From IMG/VR virus record IMGVR_UViG_3300042880_000331: a DNA stretch of 20,000 nucleotides, one strand, 5' to 3'. Below are positions 15,178 through 20,000 of the stretch, piece after piece (the first letter of the stretch is position 1; each line of letters begins with the position of its first letter). Position numbers and translations under genes: made by a program. Under the pieces are notes generated by a model that was given only the letters and a program-made list of their open reading frames with translations, searched no databases and was not told the DNA's origin. The stretch comes from an uncultured virus (IMG/VR IMGVR_UViG_3300042880_000331). Lineage: Duplodnaviria; Heunggongvirae; Uroviricota; Caudoviricetes.

Positions 15178-15275
15178 CAGGGTGTAGCGTTTAGGGGGCG
15201 CCCAGCGTCCCCATTACGCTGCGCCTTAGCAGCTAACCCGGACCCGCTAGGGGTCCACCACTAGGAGAGACGACC

Positions 15276-15752
15276 ATGGAACTTTCGACCATGAACAAGG
15301 TTGCACTGCGCAATGCTTGCAAAACTGCTCGCATTTCATACGGCGGGATGAACAACGACGCAATGCGCGATGCACTGCAGGCGCACTATGACACACTCAC
15401 AGAAGCAACGCTGGACACACCGGCCGTGCAAGATGCGCCCCCGGCCGTGCAAGATGCGCCGAAACCCGCTAGCACCATGGAAGTGAGGGGAAAGGGGTTG
15501 AAAATCCAGGTCGACCGCATTGAGCGCAACGGGATTAAGCAGCCGAGCATCGGTGGCGCTTGCCGCAGCGTATGGGACGCCTGCACCGAGATGCAGGCGC
15601 TCGACCCCGCAACCCCGCTGAAGGTGAAACAGGTGAAAGCCCACTCACTGACGATGGGGTGGAACGAAAACAACGCGGTAATCGAGTTCTACCGCTGGAA
15701 GAAGTGGAGCGCACCGACCATGGAGGAAACGCTTGCACCTGCTACCGCGTAA
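15276..15752 (+). CDS. Putative DNA-binding protein, 158 aa
   Basis: RBS AGGAG. Short N-terminal helical HeH/Rho-N-like segment (MNKVALRNACK...MRDAL), PAVQDAP linker, C-terminal helical domain (NGIKQP..GG.C..VW...GWNENN..IEFYRWKK). Function is inferred. Confidence 0.7.
   Translation: MELSTMNKVALRNACKTARISYGGMNNDAMRDALQAHYDTLTEATLDTPAVQDAPPAVQDAPKPASTMEVRGKGLKIQVDRIERNGIKQPSIGGACRSVWDACTEMQALDPATPLKVKQVKAHSLTMGWNENNAVIEFYRWKKWSAPTMEETLAPATA
15420..15460 (+). repeat. 21-bp tandem duplication (PAVQDAP x2)
   Basis: CCGGCCGTGCAAGATGCGCC occurs twice, at 15420 and 15441. Confidence 0.95.
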
Positions 15753-15776
15753 CCCTGCGCCCTGCACCTTAACTCG

Positions 15777-15805
15777 CGCCCACCCTGTCGAGGGGTGGGC
15801 GTTTG
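15777..15805 (+). terminator. Probable intrinsic terminator
   Basis: CGCCCACCC-TGTCGAG-GGGTGGGCG then a short TTT, 24 nt after the stop of the 158-aa gene. Confidence 0.6.
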
Positions 15806-16035
15806 CATGATCGGCGCGAACCCCGCTGCGCCAACTAGATGTTGTGCGATACAGCGTACATCTACATAGACCATTGAAACGCGGGCGCTACAGGCCAACT
15901 AACTGTTCCCCTCACTACCCTAGCTCACCAGTGCAAGTCGGCACCCTACGCGGCCCCCTATGGAGCGTGAATTTCAGGGTGTTGACCACAGTGCTGCACC
16001 AAACCACCGCCGGCAAAATAGTTCAACGACAGCCC

Positions 16036-16064
16036 TTGAACTTTGTGCAAGTTCTCCTTATATT
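16036..16064 (+). promoter_or_regulatory. Sigma70-like promoter with overlapping dyad
   Basis: TTGAAC-N17-TATATT; GAACTT-N5-AAGTTC at 16038-16054. Confidence 0.65.
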
Positions 16065-16106
16065 AGGGGAACGGGAGGGTTGGCTAACCCGTAGCAAAGG
16101 AGCTAA

Positions 16107-16268
16107 ATGATGCAAGTTACCGTTATCACACACGACAATGAAGTTCTCGGTGTTTTCGCAAAACTCGAACTCGCTGTTGCCCACCTCTACGAACACGGGT
16201 ATGAAACGGAAGAGGATTGGTTGGAGGGTGGGTTTGAGGTTTCGACCGTTACCGTGGAGGGGCTGTAA
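16107..16268 (+). CDS. Small acidic protein, 53 aa
   Basis: Manual translation MMQVTVITHDNEVLGVFAKLELAVAHLYEHGYETEEDWLEGGFEVSTVTVEGL; strong RBS AAAGGAG. Confidence 0.8.
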   Translation: MMQVTVITHDNEVLGVFAKLELAVAHLYEHGYETEEDWLEGGFEVSTVTVEGL

Positions 16269-16426
16269 TGCATCGCACATATGAGATTTGGGGACTGTAT
16301 AGCTGTGGTGAGACTTTGCTACACACAGCATCCTCCAAGCGCGAAGCCAAGGCTTGGCTGAGTGGCTACACTCGCTATGGAGACGGAGGTTATACGGATT
16401 TCGAAATCAGGCAAGCTAACCCCTAA
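16268..16426 (+). CDS. Small hypothetical protein, 52 aa
   Basis: Manual translation MHRTYEIWGLYSCGETLLHTASSKREAKAWLSGYTRYGDGGYTDFEIRQANP; TAATG overlap, RBS GGAGG. Confidence 0.75.
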   Translation: MHRTYEIWGLYSCGETLLHTASSKREAKAWLSGYTRYGDGGYTDFEIRQANP

Positions 16427-16434
16427 CCCGCACT

Positions 16435-16470
16435 AACCCCGGCTTGGGTATCCATGCCGGGGTTTGTTTT
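16435..16470 (+). terminator. Intrinsic terminator between convergent genes
   Basis: AACCCCGGC-N12-GCCGGGGTT followed by TGTTTT. Confidence 0.75.
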
Positions 16471-16472
16471 CG

Positions 16473-16670
16473 TTACACCAACTCGGCAGCCGATGCACCG
16501 GGTTGAACCGTGCATTCGACAATTGCACCATTGGAAAGGTGAACCCGGTGCAACCCATCTTCACCACCCGAGCGCAGCACCTCGCGCGAATCTTGCAGCT
16601 TGAACCCTGCAACCTTGCGCGCAGCCGCTAGGCAGCTACGCACATTTGAACCCTTAGCTCGAAACAGCAT
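16473..16670 (-). CDS. Hypothetical protein, 65 aa
   Basis: Start moved to MLFRAKG at 16670 (RBS AAAGGAG); own promoter upstream. Confidence 0.75.
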   Translation of the reverse strand: MLFRAKGSNVRSCLAAARKVAGFKLQDSREVLRSGGEDGLHRVHLSNGAIVECTVQPGASAAELV

Positions 16671-16688
16671 TTTGAACTCCTTTATCGA

Positions 16689-16738
16689 TAGCACAGCGCT
16701 ACCTAGTGTAAGGTTAGCAGAAAATCCAGTTGATGCAA
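16689..16738 (-). promoter_or_regulatory. Promoter plus third copy of the operator-like dyad
   Basis: TTGCAT(16738-16733)-N16-TAACCT. TAGCACAGCGCTACC at 16689-16703 is identical to 14864-14878. Confidence 0.65.
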
Positions 16739-16809
16739 CACTTTTCTGCAAAAATTAACAACACGACGCCGATATAACCACATACCGAGACAGCTACCTA
16801 AATCGATTC

Positions 16810-16980
16810 ACCTGTGGCGGTTCGCCCTATAGTGGAAATTTCTCCCTATAGTGGAGAGGGGTATAGTGGTGAGCGGAGCCCAGCCTTGTTAGGGCTCCGC
16901 CACCGGCGGAACTGGATTTGCAGATTAACAGTCCAGCTCCAGGTTCAAAATCTTCGTCGAAGGTTCCAAGGTTCACAAAA
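16810..16980 (-). ncRNA. Candidate structured non-coding RNA
   Basis: Adjacent strong hairpins at 16868-16904 and 16908-16940, no credible ORF, and an upstream minus-strand promoter-like TTGCGA-N18-TAGGTA at 16983-17012. Confidence 0.4.
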
Positions 16981-17195
16981 CATACCTAGCACGAGCTGCA
17001 ACAGCATCGCAAGGCTTATTTTGCGATACAATGCAATTAGATTAGATATGCACTAGTATCCGAATTGTCTCTAGTTCGACTGTTAGCATATCGCTAAGGA
17101 GAATAGCTGGGATTTGTGGGACCCCTATAGGGTATAAAAATTAGTGTGATTAGTAGTTTAACAGCAAAGGAAGAAAGAACAGAGTGTAATTGGTC

Positions 17196-17398
17196 GAAAT
17201 TAAGAGGTCGACCGCAAACGCTTAATTCCAGCACCCTTATACCCTTAATTCATACGCTTAACTCATATGCTTAATTGCCCCATTTGTATTGGTCGCCCCC
17301 CGTAAACCTGCTAAACCCGTTGGAGTGTAAATTAAGCGTATGGCAATTAAGCGCCTCTTTTAAGCGCCTCCACATTTTGGCGAATATCTACTTAATTT
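17196..17398. repeat. Cluster of 13-bp iteron-like repeats (core CGCTTAATT) in direct and inverted orientation
   Basis: Direct: AAACGCTTAATTC 17216, ATACCCTTAATTC 17239, ATACGCTTAACTC 17252, ATATGCTTAATTG 17265. Inverted copies at 17329, 17344 and 17357. Confidence 0.75.
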
Positions 17399-17504
17399 GA
17401 AAGTTTCTAATGTTTGAGCATTTTGGCGCTTTACAGTTTGGCGGTTCCGTGCTTACACTGCGCCACTGACCCTGCTTAACTCCAGCTACGTTATCGGATA
17501 CACC

Positions 17505-17816
17505 ATGCCCTCCTTGGACTACCTTGCTTTTCCAATAGGACCGAGCAGCCCGCTGGCCCGTGCCAAGCGCGAGTTGTGGTTATCCGACACCGCAGGACAG
17601 CGGGAGGTGCTGCCCAGGTCAACAAAGTATCCGTTTATGGACTTGGAGGCGGGCGAGTGCTTCTATGTTCGCTTAACTGGTGAACCGCTAGAAGATACAA
17701 AGCTCCAGTCCACATTGCGGGTCAGCGCGTCACAGCTTGGAAAGAAGTATGGCAGGCTCTTCCAAGTCCTACATCATCACGAACATGCCATCTACGAAGT
17801 CCACCGCATTGCCTAG
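17505..17816 (+). CDS. Small putative DNA-binding protein, 103 aa
   Basis: KYPF..LE.GE.FYV...LR.SAS...KKYGR.F....VHRIA matches a recurrent small phage protein family (KYPF..(M/L)E.G.SF). Possible promoter TTTACA-N18-TACACT at 17430-17459. Confidence 0.7.
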   Translation: MPSLDYLAFPIGPSSPLARAKRELWLSDTAGQREVLPRSTKYPFMDLEAGECFYVRLTGEPLEDTKLQSTLRVSASQLGKKYGRLFQVLHHHEHAIYEVHRIA

Positions 17817-17854
17817 ACACGGTGACCACACATCGACAACCAAGGAGAAAACCG

Positions 17855-18184
17855 ATGTATATTGAACCACACGGCCACACGAAAGAAGAAGAACGCAAAG
17901 CCTGGATTGATCTTGGGCACTGGATTAAATTCCGCGTCGTTGCTGCCTGGAACAGGTTGCGCGGGCGGACGGTTGCAGCAACCCCTGTCTTTGATGATGG
18001 GCATGATGATTCCGAGTTGCCCATTAACCTAAACCCTGAGGTGTTCGATGTGCAAATGACCGTTGACATGCTGTTGCTGTTCGGGTCGGGTGCCAGGCGT
18101 GTGCAGCTCCATGAAGAAGGTGACATTATTGTCACTTACCACAACGGGAGGCGGCGGGTTTACATTCCGGCGGAGTTGTTCTGA
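17855..18184 (+). CDS. Hypothetical protein, 109 aa
   Basis: Start moved to MYIEPHG (RBS AAGGAG); TGATG overlap with the next gene. Confidence 0.75.
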   Translation: MYIEPHGHTKEEERKAWIDLGHWIKFRVVAAWNRLRGRTVAATPVFDDGHDDSELPINLNPEVFDVQMTVDMLLLFGSGARRVQLHEEGDIIVTYHNGRRRVYIPAELF

Positions 18185-18645
18185 TGCGGGACAGTGATTG
18201 GCGCCCCACACCCTGCCCGACCTGTGGGGAGATGCGTCACGCGGCTGAGCACCCTGTCTGCGACAACTGTGATTCCACGCCAATGGGGTCTGTGTCTTTG
18301 GTTAAGCGCCAAGACGTGGTCAAACAAGCAACCCTGGAGCTGACTGACAACGACCTAATCTTGGAACTGCGCCGGCGTGGGCGTATGGGGCGAATTGAAG
18401 TAGTTGAAACGGTTCCCGGTCATTTCGTCATGCAGGGTATGCCTCTTATATACCAAGTAGAAACGGCGTTCAAGCGTATAGGGAATGAGCTGTTCAACTT
18501 GCACGAAAAAGGGCCACGGATGCAACGGATGCCAGGGTTTATGGTTGAGGAGGGAAATTTCCTTTCTTTCCTCCAAGGTGGTGATGGGCGTGGCGGTGAC
18601 CGCCGCGTTACTGTAGTATTGAATTACGTCAAAGGGAAGAGCTGA
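18184..18645 (+). CDS. Hypothetical protein with N-terminal CxxC...CxxC, 153 aa
   Basis: CPTC and CDNC possible Zn ribbon; coupled on both sides. Confidence 0.75.
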   Translation: MRDSDWRPTPCPTCGEMRHAAEHPVCDNCDSTPMGSVSLVKRQDVVKQATLELTDNDLILELRRRGRMGRIEVVETVPGHFVMQGMPLIYQVETAFKRIGNELFNLHEKGPRMQRMPGFMVEEGNFLSFLQGGDGRGGDRRVTVVLNYVKGKS

Positions 18646-18824
18646 TGTGGGGTTATGGCATGATGTATGCGATTCTCCGAGCGGAAATCCAGGCAGCACA
18701 AGAAGAATCGGAACGGTTGCGTGCCTTGCATGGACCTGCCCCGATAGTGGTGCCTGCAGCCGTGCCCACTGCACCATTGCGCGACGGCTGGTGGCGGTGT
18801 TTATTCAAGGAGGGTAAGCTGTGA
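18645..18824 (+). CDS. Hypothetical protein, 59 aa
   Basis: Manual translation MWGYGMMYAILRAEIQAAQEESERLR...WWRCLFKEGKL; TGATG and GTGA overlaps. Confidence 0.65.
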   Translation: MWGYGMMYAILRAEIQAAQEESERLRALHGPAPIVVPAAVPTAPLRDGWWRCLFKEGKL

Positions 18825-19048
18825 CCATTGAAGCAATCCAGAAAGAGCTTAACGTGGCGTCTAATAATGCCGTAGCAATAAGTCAAGAATATACCGGGTT
18901 AATACATATTTACAATTCAACCTGCATCGTAGGAAACAAGCGGGATATGGACAATGTTCGAGCGCAGATTCACAATTGTTTAGACCAGCTATTGGATGCC
19001 AATGCTCGGATATTTATGCTGACCCGCAAAATGACCGGGTTGGACTGA
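18821..19048 (+). CDS. Hypothetical helical protein, 75 aa
   Basis: GTG start with AAGGAGG RBS. Confidence 0.75.
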   Translation: MTIEAIQKELNVASNNAVAISQEYTGLIHIYNSTCIVGNKRDMDNVRAQIHNCLDQLLDANARIFMLTRKMTGLD

Positions 19049-19057
19049 ATTATTCTG

Positions 19058-19086
19058 TTGCAGCTAGTTCCGCCCCGTGCTAGCGT
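19058..19086 (+). promoter_or_regulatory. Putative promoter
   Basis: TTGCAG-N17-TAGCGT with TGC before the -10 box, in an intergenic gap. Confidence 0.55.
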
Positions 19087-19131
19087 TGTGGCACGGGGAG
19101 ATTGGCTCGCCGGTATGTGAGGAGTTCGAAC

Positions 19132-19359
19132 ATGACTTTCCATGAATGCTGTGACGCCATTATTGCTGCGGGCAACGACCCGAAGCAAGTGCGTCAGGTA
19201 AACTACGCTGTTGGATACGCTGAGGCAGGCAAGCGCATCAGGACACCCGAAGGGCAGCAGGTGCAGGCGCTTTACATCGTGAACAACATTTCCCGCTGGC
19301 GCGGTGACGTTGCCAAGCAGGTGCGGGCAAATTTGATAAAGATCGGCGGTGCAAAATGA
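19132..19359 (+). CDS. Hypothetical protein, 75 aa
   Basis: Start moved to MTFHECC (RBS GAGGAG). Confidence 0.75.
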   Translation: MTFHECCDAIIAAGNDPKQVRQVNYAVGYAEAGKRIRTPEGQQVQALYIVNNISRWRGDVAKQVRANLIKIGGAK

Positions 19360-19655
19360 GTGATCTTCCCATGAGCGGGGGCAAGCATACGCCGGGGCCG
19401 TGGGTCTACAGCTTCGAAAGCGTTGATCCCGAATGGGCGGTTGTCACCACTGTTGGCGGCGCAGTCATTGCAAACGTAAACGCCGATCATCGGCAGGAAG
19501 CCAACGCCCGCCTTATCGCCGCCGCGCCCGATCTGCTGGCTGCGCTGAAGCTCCTTGAGTCCGCAGCCCGCATTTTGCCGCCAAACATCGACCCGGACAG
19601 CCCACTTGCGCAAGCCCGCGCCGCAATCGCCAAGGCCGAAGGCGGTGCAGCATGA
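19356..19655 (+). CDS. Conserved phage hypothetical protein (KHTPGPW...ANARLIAAAPDLL type), 99 aa
   Basis: Both signature motifs of this very common phage early-region family are present. Confidence 0.85.
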   Translation: MSDLPMSGGKHTPGPWVYSFESVDPEWAVVTTVGGAVIANVNADHRQEANARLIAAAPDLLAALKLLESAARILPPNIDPDSPLAQARAAIAKAEGGAA

Positions 19656-19682
19656 CAGGAAAAAACAACGGAGGGAAGGCGA

Positions 19683-20000
19683 ATGAGCGATGATCTGGTG
19701 AAGCGGCTGCTGGATGTTGCAAGCCCCCTAGCGGACGAAGCTGCGGGGACCATTCATCGACTGACCGCAGAACTTGCCGAAGAAAAGCGGATGCGCCAGG
19801 AGGAGAAGGCCAAAATCCTGCGCCAGCGGGAACAGCTTGACTCAATCCAGAAGGCAAACCGCAACAACCTTCCCATGACGCGCGGACTGCAAAGGCGGGT
19901 GGCAGAGTTGGAGGCAGAGCGTGACCGGAACGCAGAGTACGTCGATCTTGTCTCGCAATACCGCGCTGAACGGGATGCCGCGAAAGCAGACAACACGCGG
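19683..20000 (+). CDS. Coiled-coil protein (MSDDLVKRL...EAA..I.RL type), truncated by the window end
   Basis: Manual translation from ATG 19683 (RBS GGAGG/GAAGG) is open to the window end and rich in Glu/Arg/Ala heptads. Confidence 0.75.
   Translation, partial: MSDDLVKRLLDVASPLADEAAGTIHRLTAELAEEKRMRQEEKAKILRQREQLDSIQKANRNNLPMTRGLQRRVAELEAERDRNAEYVDLVSQYRAERDAAKADNTR

Noticed and set aside
15806..16030. Non-coding gap with a TAGATGT/ACATCTA stem, possible tRNA or ncRNA; ORF 15844-16110
   Set aside because: No cloverleaf or T-loop consensus, only one modest stem. The ORF lacks an RBS and crosses the next promoter.
16821..16855. Minus strand contains CACTATAGGGAGA and CACTATAGGGCGAA, identical to the 3' halves of T7 promoter and vector sequences
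   Set aside because: The TAATACGACT specificity half is absent, no single-subunit RNA polymerase gene is in the window, and the flanks are not vector-like. Treated as part of a local CCACTATA repeat.
16814..17056. 80-aa plus-strand ORF
   Set aside because: No RBS, it overlaps hairpins and repeats, and the composition is not protein-like.
17216..17369. TTAA pairs as possible CtrA boxes
   Set aside because: CtrA full sites are TTAA-N7-TTAA; spacings here are N9 or N11. Half-site binding cannot be excluded.
19652..19693. 13-codon ORF MTGKNNGGKANER bridging two genes
   Set aside because: Too short to support. The downstream gene has its own RBS, so coupling is not needed to explain it.

Overview
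The window is part of a tailed dsDNA phage (siphovirus-like gene set). TTGC-N16/18-(TGC)TA promoters and the lysis genes suggest an alphaproteobacterial host, which is inference. Bases 1-13412 are all on the minus strand. In transcription order they encode: small nucleic-acid-processing genes (including a PD-(D/E)XK resolvase-like nuclease), a lysis cassette (holin, small TM protein, DUF3380-type muramidase, overlapping i/o-spanins), a five-gene 6.8-kb putative virion-appendage module (1364, 480, 175, 145 and 113 aa), terminase small and large subunits, and the 5' part of the portal gene. Bases 13566-20000 are an early-type region of small hypothetical ORFs with many sigma70-like promoters, a shared palindromic operator, a candidate structured ncRNA and an iteron-like AT-rich locus. 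The most notable item is the five-gene module. It sits between lysis and terS, is bracketed by two copies of a ~62-bp promoter element, and its two largest proteins share a homologous C-terminal domain. The largest also carries an apparently inserted 5-repeat beta-propeller. All family assignments come from motif recognition by eye; no database searches were run.
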